Below are positions 35,148 through 44,707 of a stretch of DNA of 57,045 nt, piece after piece. Source of the DNA: a virus (lineage: Duplodnaviria > Heunggongvirae > Uroviricota > Caudoviricetes); the IMG/VR virus record IMGVR_UViG_3300012983_000003, positions 64,001 to 121,045 of that record, one strand, 5' to 3'. A program made the position numbers and the translations under genes. The notes beneath the pieces are model-generated. The model saw only the letters and a program-made list of their open reading frames with translations. It made no database searches and had not been told where the DNA came from. The number at the start of each line of letters is the position of its first letter. The first letter of the stretch is position 1.

Positions 35148-35477
35148 CTAAACTGCATATTTTGCTTTCAATTTATTACAAATTGAGATTGCACGGAATA
35201 CCTCGCGCTTAACCTTGTGAACCTCGCACTCAGGGTTGTCAATCAGGAATTGTAAAATTGCCAACAGAGTTAAATAGTACGGGTCGTTGTTAAGAGCGAC
35301 GATAAGTCCTTTACAGCCAAGAAGTTCTATTTGTAGGCTCTTCATATATGTAGTCAAAGATGCTTCTTCTTTCTCTCGTATAGGGAGAATTTTGAAAAAC
35401 AAATTCACGAGATTTTTGAAATAATTGCAAAGAAGTTCTTTGGTAACAGGAATACCTGTAACGGTATCAAGCATCAT
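35148..35477 (-). CDS. Hypothetical neck-region protein
   Basis: ORF coupled by an ATGA overlap. Confidence 0.55.
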   Translation of the reverse strand: MMLDTVTGIPVTKELLCNYFKNLVNLFFKILPIREKEEASLTTYMKSLQIELLGCKGLIVALNNDPYYLTLLAILQFLIDNPECEVHKVKREVFRAISICNKLKAKYAV

Positions 35478-35929
35478 AAATGCAAATCCGTCAAATCCCC
35501 GTGATTAAACGAATACTCCCTAATCATATTCAAATAATCTTTCTGTGCTTTTGCGTAAGCATTACCAACGCGAAGCAACAGTTCGGCAGGGGAATAAGTA
35601 GAAAAGTCTTTTGTGTTCAACACATTCTCCAAGAGTTCCTGTTTATACACATACGGCTTAAGCCACTGAACAACCATTCCCTCGGAGACAATATCGACGA
35701 TTTCGTCAATTCTGTCTGCGGGAATTTCTAAGTCAAAGACTCTATTTTCATCATCCTTGGTAGTCGCAAAGTTAAGCCCACTTACTTTCTTGAAGTTACT
35801 GTTACTAACAGCAGTGTGCATATACTTATCAACTATTTCGGTTCTTGAAGCGTCGTCCAGAGAGAGTAAGTCGAATTCGGTAATCTTGGAGAGAAAAGCA
35901 GCAGCGAACACATCGTAAGGAACGCTCAT
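35474..35929 (-). CDS. Putative head-tail adaptor
   Basis: Helical 151-aa protein in the neck region (F..FL.KI.....L...DFSTYSPA.LL). Confidence 0.55.
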   Translation of the reverse strand: MSVPYDVFAAAFLSKITEFDLLSLDDASRTEIVDKYMHTAVSNSNFKKVSGLNFATTKDDENRVFDLEIPADRIDEIVDIVSEGMVVQWLKPYVYKQELLENVLNTKDFSTYSPAELLLRVGNAYAKAQKDYLNMIREYSFNHGDLTDLHL

Positions 35930-35948
35930 ACTTTAGCCTCCTTATCTC

Positions 35949-36542
35949 TTAGTCATATCGTTCAATCAACTCTACTCCGAGAATTTCCTCAAGAGTGCGA
36001 ATGACCTTGTTGGAGTCGATTACCTCATCGGCGATTAAAGTCTTTGCTCTAAAAGCAACAGCCTTTTTCTGTCCGTCAGAAAGCCCCTCAATAATCTTCT
36101 TGAGCTCATCGGGAGTTTTCTGGAAGATGGTATCGAACTCATCGATACTGATTGCGTTCTTGTAATATTGACCTACACCAAGGTAATCAATAACCCAAGC
36201 AAACTCGTCGCTGAACATAAACCAGTTCTTTTCAAAATACTTTTTATAAGTATTCTTTGCGTTACGGAGTTCGCGGAGTTCCATCTCTTGCTCGGAACCA
36301 AACTCGTTCCACTTGAATAGTTCGCCGGTCTTCTTACTCTTGTAGGTAAGTTTACCCTGATAACCGTTTAAGACGGTGACATATTGGGTGGGGTCAATTT
36401 CTTTTACCACGGGCTTTACAGCCTCGATGGGTTTCTCTATAATTTCAGGCTTTGCGGCAGGTGCATCCACACGAGCCTTTTGGCTTGTGTTGGTCTTAGC
36501 AGTAGTGCCCTTAGCCTTAGAAGAAGTAGTTTTATTAGCCAT
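35949..36542 (-). CDS. Hypothetical head-region protein
   Basis: Directly downstream of the major capsid gene; low-complexity K/T/A N-terminus. Confidence 0.55.
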   Translation of the reverse strand: MANKTTSSKAKGTTAKTNTSQKARVDAPAAKPEIIEKPIEAVKPVVKEIDPTQYVTVLNGYQGKLTYKSKKTGELFKWNEFGSEQEMELRELRNAKNTYKKYFEKNWFMFSDEFAWVIDYLGVGQYYKNAISIDEFDTIFQKTPDELKKIIEGLSDGQKKAVAFRAKTLIADEVIDSNKVIRTLEEILGVELIERYD

Positions 36543-36564
36543 ATCTTATTCCTTTCGTTCGTTA

Positions 36565-36594
36565 AACCTGCGGAGCCGTTAAGCCCCGCAGGTT
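36565..36594 (-). terminator. Hairpin after the major capsid gene
   Basis: 9-bp stem AACCTGCGG/CCGCAGGTT; weak T tract. Confidence 0.45.
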
Positions 36595-36613
36595 ATTAGT
36601 TAATTAGTGTCGA

Positions 36614-37627
36614 TTACGCAAGCTCGTAACGACCAATACCAGAGTTGCCACCGGCAAGCACGATACCCATACCATACTTTTCACCGTAGAGATATTCCTG
36701 AGTGAAATCAGCATTGGTCATCGGGTCGCCCATAAGAACGATGGGGCTGCCTTCGTAAACAACCTTGATAGGCTTGTCGTCGCCGGCGATGATAGTAAGA
36801 ATATTATCATCCATAACGAACTCAGTAGAGCCTACCTTATGGCGCTGAGGAGTTGCAACAACAGGAGTGCCGTAGAACTTGCCAACATAACCGAAGTTAT
36901 AGAGGTCGTTCTTAGCAGCATCAGAGTCGATAGCATCCTTGAGGGCACGAAGAGCCTTCTTAGTACCTACGATAGTTGCAGCCTTGCCACCTGCGGCAGC
37001 CTCAACGTGAGAAATGAGGTCGAGAAGCTCGTCCTCGTCATAAGCACCTGCTTCGGGGAAGTATGTAACACCACCGAGCTGGTCAGCAGTAGCGCCAGTC
37101 CAGAGAGTGTAAACATCATTTAAGAGTTTCTGACGGAAAGACTCAGCCACCTTGTTGATGAAGTGGTTGAAGTCAACACGACCAGCGAGAACGCGGTTGA
37201 GTTCCTCATAAATTCTTACAGTCTTAAGAGATGTAGGAATAGCAGTCTCGCTTACTCCGCCGAGTCTCTGACGACGAACGCCCTGAGTACCGTCAGCGGT
37301 GTCAGCAACAATGAAGAGTTCGCTGTCTTCAACAGAGAACACATTTTGGTCGCCTTCAGCAACATTGCGGAAGTCGCAAAGAGCGTTGAAATATTCATCG
37401 CCCTGAAGACCCTCAACAACAGTAGCACTTAAAGTTACTTCAAGGAAAGAGAATAACTCAGGGCACTTGCCGTCGCGGATATCTTTATAATCTAAGTAAG
37501 TCTTGCCGTTGTTAACTTCAACAAGAGCCTTAGTGATTAAACTTTGAGAGTCGGCAATGGAGTAGTCCTTAACGCAACCTTTGTATGCGTCAACAGCAAC
37601 TCTCGCAATTTTTGTCATATCAGTCAT
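36614..37627 (-). CDS. Major capsid protein
   Basis: 337 aa after scaffold and decoration genes, strongly biased codons, strong SD. Confidence 0.8.
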   Translation of the reverse strand: MTDMTKIARVAVDAYKGCVKDYSIADSQSLITKALVEVNNGKTYLDYKDIRDGKCPELFSFLEVTLSATVVEGLQGDEYFNALCDFRNVAEGDQNVFSVEDSELFIVADTADGTQGVRRQRLGGVSETAIPTSLKTVRIYEELNRVLAGRVDFNHFINKVAESFRQKLLNDVYTLWTGATADQLGGVTYFPEAGAYDEDELLDLISHVEAAAGGKAATIVGTKKALRALKDAIDSDAAKNDLYNFGYVGKFYGTPVVATPQRHKVGSTEFVMDDNILTIIAGDDKPIKVVYEGSPIVLMGDPMTNADFTQEYLYGEKYGMGIVLAGGNSGIGRYELA

Positions 37628-37652
37628 TGTATTTTAGCCTCCTTCTTTTAGA

Positions 37653-38150
37653 TTACGCCTTAGCAATCTGGATTACATAGTAGGTGTAGCGACCAGCAAT
37701 TTCGATTGCCTTACAAACACCAAGTCCAGTGCCAGCAGTGTCAATTTTACCATTTGCACCGATACCAACCTTGCCTTCCTCGGCAGGAACAGTACCGCCC
37801 ACAAAACCTTCCTTAGTTACAGCGAAGAAGTTGCGGTTGCGAGGAATGTAAGCACGGATGGGCTTACCAGCCTCGTTGATGTAATCATCGAGATTACGAG
37901 CGCGGTCATCATACATAACCTCAACACCAGCGAGGATTGCACACTCGTCGATGTTGTCGTCAGCAGTAGCGAGAGTAGCGTGGTAGATTTCACGCTCGCC
38001 AGCCTCTAAAGCACCAACCTTAACGATGGCGCCATTTTCAACGGCAATAGCCTTGCCGTCAGCATCATAAACACGAACAGAGAGTAAGTCAGCGCGCTGG
38101 TCAGTGCCGCTGAGGCTGTCTGTTCTAATAACGGTATATTTATTAGCCAT
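37653..38150 (-). CDS. Head decoration protein
   Basis: Small beta-rich Gly/Ala protein immediately upstream of the MCP (ENG..V.VG.L..GERE). Confidence 0.65.
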   Translation of the reverse strand: MANKYTVIRTDSLSGTDQRADLLSVRVYDADGKAIAVENGAIVKVGALEAGEREIYHATLATADDNIDECAILAGVEVMYDDRARNLDDYINEAGKPIRAYIPRNRNFFAVTKEGFVGGTVPAEEGKVGIGANGKIDTAGTGLGVCKAIEIAGRYTYYVIQIAKA

Positions 38151-38172
38151 TAGTTGTTACCTCCAGTTTTTA

Positions 38173-39744
38173 TTAGTTAATTTTTGAAAATCCGAATTTC
38201 TCGAACACACCGCCGTAAGCATCAGCGTCGGCAGTCATATCAGTCTTCTCGACTTTAATCTTGGGTGCTTTGGGTTCGTGAGCAAACTTAGCCTCAGTGC
38301 CTTTTCTGCCACGAATTGCAAAGCATTTCTCTTCAAGGGTCTCTAAATCGTACTCTGCACAATTTTCACGGAGAGCCTCGAACGCCTCGTCACCAATCAA
38401 GTCCTCGAAACGAGCAAACAATTCATCACGCTTATTCTTCTGAATAGCGTTCTCTGTATCAGTCTTGAACTGACGAAGTTCACCAAGCTCTGTCTCCATC
38501 GACTCAATCGTGTCGGAGGCAGATTGGTATTTAGCTTCCAACTCGGTATTGTCGCGGAGCTTCTGCTCCATCTCAGAGAATACCTGTGCAAACGGAGAGG
38601 GCTGTTCGCCTTCATCGAAATCAGCGATTACATACTTCTTGCGTTTCTTGCTTTCGTAATCGATAACGATGGTGTCGCCGTTTGTGGAATATGTAAAGCC
38701 GTAAAGCAGCCAGTCTTCTGTATCCCAACAGTAAACTTCAGAAGCGTCGAAGTCGCAGTCAACATACCAATAACGAGTGCACTCGCCCCAGTCACGCTGT
38801 GTCTTCACAGACTCAAGGGAACGAACAAGCTCCTCAACGATATTGCTTGTGAGAGCAAACTTATCAACGGGTTCGCCGCCATCAGCCCCAGTGCCGTCAC
38901 CAGCACCTTCTCCAGTGCCATTGTCAGCACCGCCATTCTGCATAGCCTCGAATTTTGCCTCGAGTTCCTCTAAAGTGAAATCTTCAAGAGAGAAATCAAG
39001 ACTCTCAACATCGACGCCATACTTGGCAACCAATTCCATTTTCTTATCCAATACCTTTTCTCCTCCTTCCATCGAATAGTTGTTTGGGTGTGTATTGTCA
39101 TCCTCTAATGAGGGTTTGACCAAATTAAAACTTTCCTTTAGCTCCTGCATCATTTCAGTAAGCTGTTGTTTGAAATCTTGTTTAGAGAACACCTCTAAAG
39201 ATGAACCTTCAAAACAAGGCTCAACACCGATAAGAGCGAAAGCGGTAAATTCAAAATCGTAAATATGATAGATACCGTCAATCATTTCGCCGTCTTTAAC
39301 GGTGATTTCCATAGAGTGCGCGGTTACGCCGTCCTCTTTAATCTTTTTATAGGCTTCCTGTCGTTTCCAAAGTAAGACTTCGACACAGAGATACTCGTTT
39401 ACTGAGCCGTCTTCCTCTTCAAACTCACGCCATTCCCAGTGCGCTGACTCAGGAATAACGCCGACGGGAGTTGTTTGATTGATAAGTCGCAAATTTCCAT
39501 CGGCATCGCGTACTAACTCCATATCGTGCCCGCCGAGACTATCTGTTTCACGGTCGTAATGACATACGACTGGACAATTAAAAAGCGTTTTTATACAACG
39601 CTCGATGTCTGACTTGGCAAGAAATGTGTTGTTGCGGTTCTGCCCGGGGTAGCAAACCTTCAAAAATCCACTATCAAAAGACGAGTTGATTTCGCACAAC
39701 CTTGTCAGAGATGATGCAAAAGTCAAGTTTAATACCTTGCTCAC
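38173..39744 (-). CDS. Prohead protease / scaffold fusion
   Basis: N-terminal protease-like part (HSMEI...FTAFALIG..PCF), acidic coiled-coil C-terminus. Likely start GTG 39744 after AAGGAG. Confidence 0.7.
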   Translation of the reverse strand: MSKVLNLTFASSLTRLCEINSSFDSGFLKVCYPGQNRNNTFLAKSDIERCIKTLFNCPVVCHYDRETDSLGGHDMELVRDADGNLRLINQTTPVGVIPESAHWEWREFEEEDGSVNEYLCVEVLLWKRQEAYKKIKEDGVTAHSMEITVKDGEMIDGIYHIYDFEFTAFALIGVEPCFEGSSLEVFSKQDFKQQLTEMMQELKESFNLVKPSLEDDNTHPNNYSMEGGEKVLDKKMELVAKYGVDVESLDFSLEDFTLEELEAKFEAMQNGGADNGTGEGAGDGTGADGGEPVDKFALTSNIVEELVRSLESVKTQRDWGECTRYWYVDCDFDASEVYCWDTEDWLLYGFTYSTNGDTIVIDYESKKRKKYVIADFDEGEQPSPFAQVFSEMEQKLRDNTELEAKYQSASDTIESMETELGELRQFKTDTENAIQKNKRDELFARFEDLIGDEAFEALRENCAEYDLETLEEKCFAIRGRKGTEAKFAHEPKAPKIKVEKTDMTADADAYGGVFEKFGFSKIN

Positions 39745-39761
39745 TGTAACCATCTCCTTAT

Positions 39762-39792
39762 ATAGAAAATCCCACACGAGTTACCGTGTGGG
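39762..39792 (-). terminator. Terminator between portal unit and scaffold
   Basis: 8-bp stem CCCACACG/CGTGTGGG followed on the minus strand by ATTTTCTAT. Confidence 0.55.
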
Positions 39793-39972
39793 TTAGAATG
39801 TGATTGTATCCGTGAATAAATGGATAACTTCACTAAATGTAAAATTTACGATTTCTTGGTTATGAAATGCAAAGATATTATTTTGTTCGTCGAATTTCAT
39901 CGGGACAAACCCTTGAGCCAAAAGCATATCTCGTGCTTTCTCATCGAAAACATAAACAAACTTCTTATCCAT
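39793..39972 (-). CDS. 59-aa hypothetical protein after the portal
   Basis: TAATG coupling to the portal stop; MDKKFVYVFDEKARD...TDTITF. Not in the ORF track. Confidence 0.7.
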   Translation of the reverse strand: MDKKFVYVFDEKARDMLLAQGFVPMKFDEQNNIFAFHNQEIVNFTFSEVIHLFTDTITF

Positions 39973-41489
39973 TACCAGTCATCACCATCCTCGCGTGTTT
40001 GCTCGCCAGAGTCCGTTAAGTCGCCCGCTTCTTTTGTGGGAGCGCCTCCCTCGTCAGTAGCGCCTTTGCTATCATCAGAGGTATTTCCAGAACTCATTTG
40101 AGTGGAACTTTGTAAGGGTTTAAACATCTTATGTAATTCAAGCACTTCGCCCTCGAGGAAACTCATACAATCCATCTCGGATTGTCCAAGTCCCTGAGAT
40201 GCACAATAGTAAGAAACCATCGGGATGCCGTACTGACAAGCCTTAAGGTATGCTTCTCCGACTTCTTTACGGTTGTAGGGACTACAATCAAGGAATGTAA
40301 CCTTGAAGTTCTTACCATAACCCTGTGCTTGAATAAAACGATTTATCATATCCTCAACACTTTTAACAACTCCGTATGTAATTGCTTGGTCAGCCTTTAC
40401 GGAGAGAATTAAAGCGTTCGCCGATGCCTTTTCATTATTGAAAAGTAAAGAAGAAACACCAGCAGCAGTGAATAAGTTTTGCTCTGCTTCTGCAACCGTG
40501 TCCGTATTTCCAGTATTGGAATGTTCAAAACTGATTTTATTTAACGGCATAGGTGTTAATACTGAACCAACCTCTTCTGGTAAAACAGAGTCAAGGTTAC
40601 GCCAGAAATCCTTTGCTTTCTCGAGGTCAATTTTCCAAGTACCATCGTCTTCCATAGGAAGTGTCATAGATACCATCGCATAATTCTCTAAAGCAGTTTT
40701 AGTTTCCTTTAACTGCTTATAATCCTCGATGTCGTAAATCTCTCGTAAGAGACCGGCGAACGGAGGCACAGCATAATCCATAATATCGTTGTTGCATTTA
40801 ATGGCAAACGAGGTGGGAGCGTCTAACTCAATCCACTTATTCGTTCTGTTACTCTGATATGTTCTATACTTTTTAGAAAACTCGGCAGGATAAAACTCTA
40901 ATAATGTACTATGAGAGTCGAAATAAGAGAAATCGAATGTAACATTTGCTACATTACCCTCAATAGTAGAAATTGAGCAATAATCACTCGGCAACTGCTG
41001 TATCGTAATACTGTCGTTAGTTACCCATAAAGTGCCGTAGAAAACATCTTCGCGTAAGCACACGGTAACAATTTTCGGTATCTGAGTTTTAACAGACATA
41101 GCCGATAATGTATTAAGCACTTTACGATAGTTTCTACTAACAGATTTGATATTTGCAGTTTTTGGGTCGAGCTTGTAAGGAGAGACTACATAAGATAGGT
41201 CTGTAAGACCGGCAAAATATTGGATAAGTCTTCGGAAGTGAGGACTTGCGCCGTAGATATAAGTTACAGCCTTTCGTAACTGCTTCTCGTATGTATACGG
41301 GTTGGCAAGGTACGAAGTGATGTCGTCTTTCGTATATAAAGAGAAAGTTGGGGTGCTTGTGTTATTATTAAGGTCTCTTGTAATCAGCTTATTTAAAGCA
41401 GCAAATTTACTCGAAATCCCAATATAACCCTCTAACCCCGTGCTCTTCTTGATTTCATCAGCACCAAGGTGTTGTAGTTTTTCTGCCAT
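39972..41489 (-). CDS. Portal protein
   Basis: 505 aa directly after the large terminase; LP.EVG.VLTP...AGVSS.LFN pattern. Confidence 0.8.
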   Translation of the reverse strand: MAEKLQHLGADEIKKSTGLEGYIGISSKFAALNKLITRDLNNNTSTPTFSLYTKDDITSYLANPYTYEKQLRKAVTYIYGASPHFRRLIQYFAGLTDLSYVVSPYKLDPKTANIKSVSRNYRKVLNTLSAMSVKTQIPKIVTVCLREDVFYGTLWVTNDSITIQQLPSDYCSISTIEGNVANVTFDFSYFDSHSTLLEFYPAEFSKKYRTYQSNRTNKWIELDAPTSFAIKCNNDIMDYAVPPFAGLLREIYDIEDYKQLKETKTALENYAMVSMTLPMEDDGTWKIDLEKAKDFWRNLDSVLPEEVGSVLTPMPLNKISFEHSNTGNTDTVAEAEQNLFTAAGVSSLLFNNEKASANALILSVKADQAITYGVVKSVEDMINRFIQAQGYGKNFKVTFLDCSPYNRKEVGEAYLKACQYGIPMVSYYCASQGLGQSEMDCMSFLEGEVLELHKMFKPLQSSTQMSSGNTSDDSKGATDEGGAPTKEAGDLTDSGEQTREDGDDW

Positions 41490-43242
41490 TTATCTTATTC
41501 ACCGCCTTTCCTTTATAATTGGGTGGCTTAATCACAAATGTTTCTGAAGCACTTGCGTTCATACTCATACGCTTGCTTAATTTGTTTTCAAGCTGTGTAG
41601 CCACATAATAGTTGTATGATAGACTGGAATAACGGTCTTTTCTCATTCCAGATTTCTCAAATATTTTTATCTTTCCGCCAGACTCTTCGTGCTGGAGTTT
41701 TGTAAGTTCATCAATCAGTAAGGTTGTATGGATATACGGAAGTTTAAAATATAGCTTCTCTTCGGGGTTTAATGAATTATATCCCTTGATACCTTTCAGC
41801 AATTCTTCTGCGTCATACTCGGTTGCAAGTAATCTCATTCTTCCGCTACGGAAAGCTTCACGCAATAAGAAAGCACAGTCTGAGTTAAACTGTGCGCTTG
41901 CTTTGATAGCCCATATTACTTTTTCTGCACCCATAACCGTACATCTTGATGCCATTTCTGGATTATTGCAACAAGAGATAGCGGGATAGATTTCGCCAGT
42001 TTCGGGGTCAACAATATCTCTCGATAGGCAGTCGTAAACGCCGAGACCAAGACCCGTAGTATCCAGCACAAGATAGTCACAAGCAAACTCATCAAATAAT
42101 TTTCTGATAACGAGAGCTTGGTCATCTGTGCGTAAACCTTCGTGTGTATCCGCATAGACAATATTGCTCACATAACGACCAACCTTTGACGGCATAAGTT
42201 GGTTAATAAACACAGCCGTGGCGTCGTTATTATTTTTCTTACTTGACATAAGCGCAATATCGGCGGATAAAATACGAACCTCTCCGTTTTGTTTGGGAGG
42301 TATTCTTAATTGGTTTGTGCTAAGTTTGCTGGATAATTTATCTGGCAACATAGGGTACTTAATTCTTCGGTTTTTAGATATTGAACTAAAATCAAAGAAC
42401 GCATCCTCTTCGGAGCCATACCACATCGCATCCATTTCCATAGACCACTTGATTTCGCTGAAATCACTTTCAGCCATTTCATCAGCGACAGCCTCTGGGT
42501 CAAGTAACCCTTCTTCGACCGACAACTGATACGGGAAACCACAAATAAATTGCTTCTTTCCATCCTTAATCATAGCGTCATAGGTATCTACGCACTTTAA
42601 ATAAGACCAGTGGTCTTTAAAGAACGCACTCGTAAGATACAATGTTAAGTTCTTTTCCTTGGCATACTCACGCTTTCTTTCGGCATCTGTAAGCTCGGAA
42701 TAACGAGGCATACGGCGTAAGGTCAAGAACTTTCTAAGTACGGTATCAATAGTGTCTTTAGAAATAAGACGATACTCGTCGAGCAGTAACACATTACAGC
42801 GATTACCACGCGCACTATCGGAGGCGGTAACAACCTTGATAACACTTGTATTAAAGAATACAATTTGTGCATTAGTACCATTAACCTTCGATTTCTTCTC
42901 GTCAATTTCCGCACGCAATTCTGGAGATATTGGCATAAGTTCAAACATTATCTTTTCAAGAACATTGATTGCCTGTCCTCGTGTACCAGACGCGATACAA
43001 ACTTTTGTACCGGGATACAGGATACATCTTATAACGCAATAGATTGCACTCAGGAAGGTTTTACCCAGACCACGACACGCAATCAAAACGAAGATGTTAC
43101 TCCAAAACATCATTACTAAGAGGAATTTTTGGAACCGTCTAAGCTTAAGATGCAAGTAATCCTTAGCAAACTCATCAGGGTTTTCGCGATAGAACGAACC
43201 CCAATAAGCAGCACCCGCCATTACTTTTTCAGTTCTACTCAC
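41458..43242 (-). CDS. Terminase large subunit
   Basis: Walker A CRGLGKT, Walker B LLLDEYR, nuclease SADIA...LVLDTTGLG...KDRYSS. Confidence 0.95.
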   Translation of the reverse strand: MSRTEKVMAGAAYWGSFYRENPDEFAKDYLHLKLRRFQKFLLVMMFWSNIFVLIACRGLGKTFLSAIYCVIRCILYPGTKVCIASGTRGQAINVLEKIMFELMPISPELRAEIDEKKSKVNGTNAQIVFFNTSVIKVVTASDSARGNRCNVLLLDEYRLISKDTIDTVLRKFLTLRRMPRYSELTDAERKREYAKEKNLTLYLTSAFFKDHWSYLKCVDTYDAMIKDGKKQFICGFPYQLSVEEGLLDPEAVADEMAESDFSEIKWSMEMDAMWYGSEEDAFFDFSSISKNRRIKYPMLPDKLSSKLSTNQLRIPPKQNGEVRILSADIALMSSKKNNNDATAVFINQLMPSKVGRYVSNIVYADTHEGLRTDDQALVIRKLFDEFACDYLVLDTTGLGLGVYDCLSRDIVDPETGEIYPAISCCNNPEMASRCTVMGAEKVIWAIKASAQFNSDCAFLLREAFRSGRMRLLATEYDAEELLKGIKGYNSLNPEEKLYFKLPYIHTTLLIDELTKLQHEESGGKIKIFEKSGMRKDRYSSLSYNYYVATQLENKLSKRMSMNASASETFVIKPPNYKGKAVNKINGRKTTTPWC

Positions 43243-44249
43243 TCTTTATCGTCTTCCGTCTCTTCTGAATAAGCATCGATAAGCAAAGACTCGTCGTCTT
43301 CATCGTCATATTCAGGTCGTTCAACGCGAAGTCTACCGATTTCCTCTTCATATAAACGGGTATATCCGTTTTTGATGCCAAGCATCTTGCAGAGATGTCC
43401 CATCCAAGTAAACATATATTTCTTGGTTCCGTTGACATCTTTGAGGTCTTCATCGACTTCTGGGAGAGGTCTTAGATTTTCATAGCGGTATAACCAGACA
43501 CCCATAGGTGTGTTGGCGAGAGACGCATCTAAGTCGTCTTTCTTCTGTGCCGGTTTGAGATTAGCGCCACCAAGCACGTTATTGAGAGCACTGACTAATT
43601 TATCAATAGCCTTACCCTCGACACGAGCACGGTTAATGTCAATCTCAAGATTACACGCTTGTCTTATAAGCGTTTCAGTTCCGATATCAAGGTTCGTACC
43701 CTCGGGAAGCCTTGACATCCAATATGCTCTTCTTTCTTCAAGTTCTTGGTACATTTCGGGTGTGTATCCCGAACCCCAGAAAACTCTTATCTCGTCCGTT
43801 ACCTCGAAATCACCTGTGGGTTCTATCGTGGCTACGGGCTCCACTATGGTTTCAGAAGGCTCTTGGTCTGGAGCATCAAAAGACCATAAAGTTCCTTCTT
43901 CTGATAAAGTGTTGTCATAACTTTTCCCTAAGTAAGTAGTACCGTTAATTTTTGATATGTAGTTAGTCATCATCGTGCGTGTTGTAGCCTTACGCTCAAC
44001 AGCCTCATATACAGACTCGCTCCAATAAAGGTCGAGTTTCCTACACATCTGTCTAACCGCTAACTTCGGGTCATTACACTGCGATAGGTAGCCGTTATAT
44101 AATGTATCGATACAATCCTTACAATAAGGGATGTGTCCAACGCCTTTGTTTAGTGCGGAATAGTTTACAGGGAAAAAGCCTTTATATCGGCTATATTCCT
44201 CGCCGCACCTGAAACATTTGGCTTTAGCAGAACTAACATCAAGAGCCAT
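43239..44249 (-). CDS. Putative terminase small subunit
   Basis: Overlaps the large-subunit start; N-terminal CxxC...CxxC finger. Confidence 0.55.
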   Translation of the reverse strand: MALDVSSAKAKCFRCGEEYSRYKGFFPVNYSALNKGVGHIPYCKDCIDTLYNGYLSQCNDPKLAVRQMCRKLDLYWSESVYEAVERKATTRTMMTNYISKINGTTYLGKSYDNTLSEEGTLWSFDAPDQEPSETIVEPVATIEPTGDFEVTDEIRVFWGSGYTPEMYQELEERRAYWMSRLPEGTNLDIGTETLIRQACNLEIDINRARVEGKAIDKLVSALNNVLGGANLKPAQKKDDLDASLANTPMGVWLYRYENLRPLPEVDEDLKDVNGTKKYMFTWMGHLCKMLGIKNGYTRLYEEEIGRLRVERPEYDDEDDESLLIDAYSEETEDDKE

Positions 44250-44251
44250 TA

Positions 44252-44683
44252 TTACTCACCATCCTTAACGGAGGGAGAGTCAGATAAAGACATCTCATAA
44301 AGTTTAGCGGCAATTTTCAGATTATTACCAGACACAAACTTTGGAACATATCTCGCGTCAATATCGACCCACTCGTCTGTACCAACCCTTTTGGTTTTAC
44401 GAGCAGCACGATGGTGTAGACCGAGTGTGCCAAAGCCGTGCAGCGTAACCTCTTCGCCGTGTTTGATAGCATCTTCAACTACCGATAAACAGGCATCGAT
44501 AATAAAAGCAACATCATTCGCGTTAAAGAACACTTCTTTGTCGGTCTTACGAACAACGAAGTCCTTATGGTTGCCCTCATCATCAGAAATATGGAAAACC
44601 TGTTTAGGTGTTGAAATCTTCTTGGATACGCCATTGTTCTGTAACACAGAAACAACGCGTCCGATTAAATCCTTTTTAGTCAT
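44252..44683 (-). CDS. HU/IHF-family DNA-binding protein with an insertion
   Basis: MTKKDLI...GEEVTLHGFGTL...RAARK...VPKF; about 30 extra residues between the N-terminal helices. Confidence 0.9.
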   Translation of the reverse strand: MTKKDLIGRVVSVLQNNGVSKKISTPKQVFHISDDEGNHKDFVVRKTDKEVFFNANDVAFIIDACLSVVEDAIKHGEEVTLHGFGTLGLHHRAARKTKRVGTDEWVDIDARYVPKFVSGNNLKIAAKLYEMSLSDSPSVKDGE

Positions 44684-44707
44684 AAGCACTCCTTTTCTCC
44701 ACGCAAA

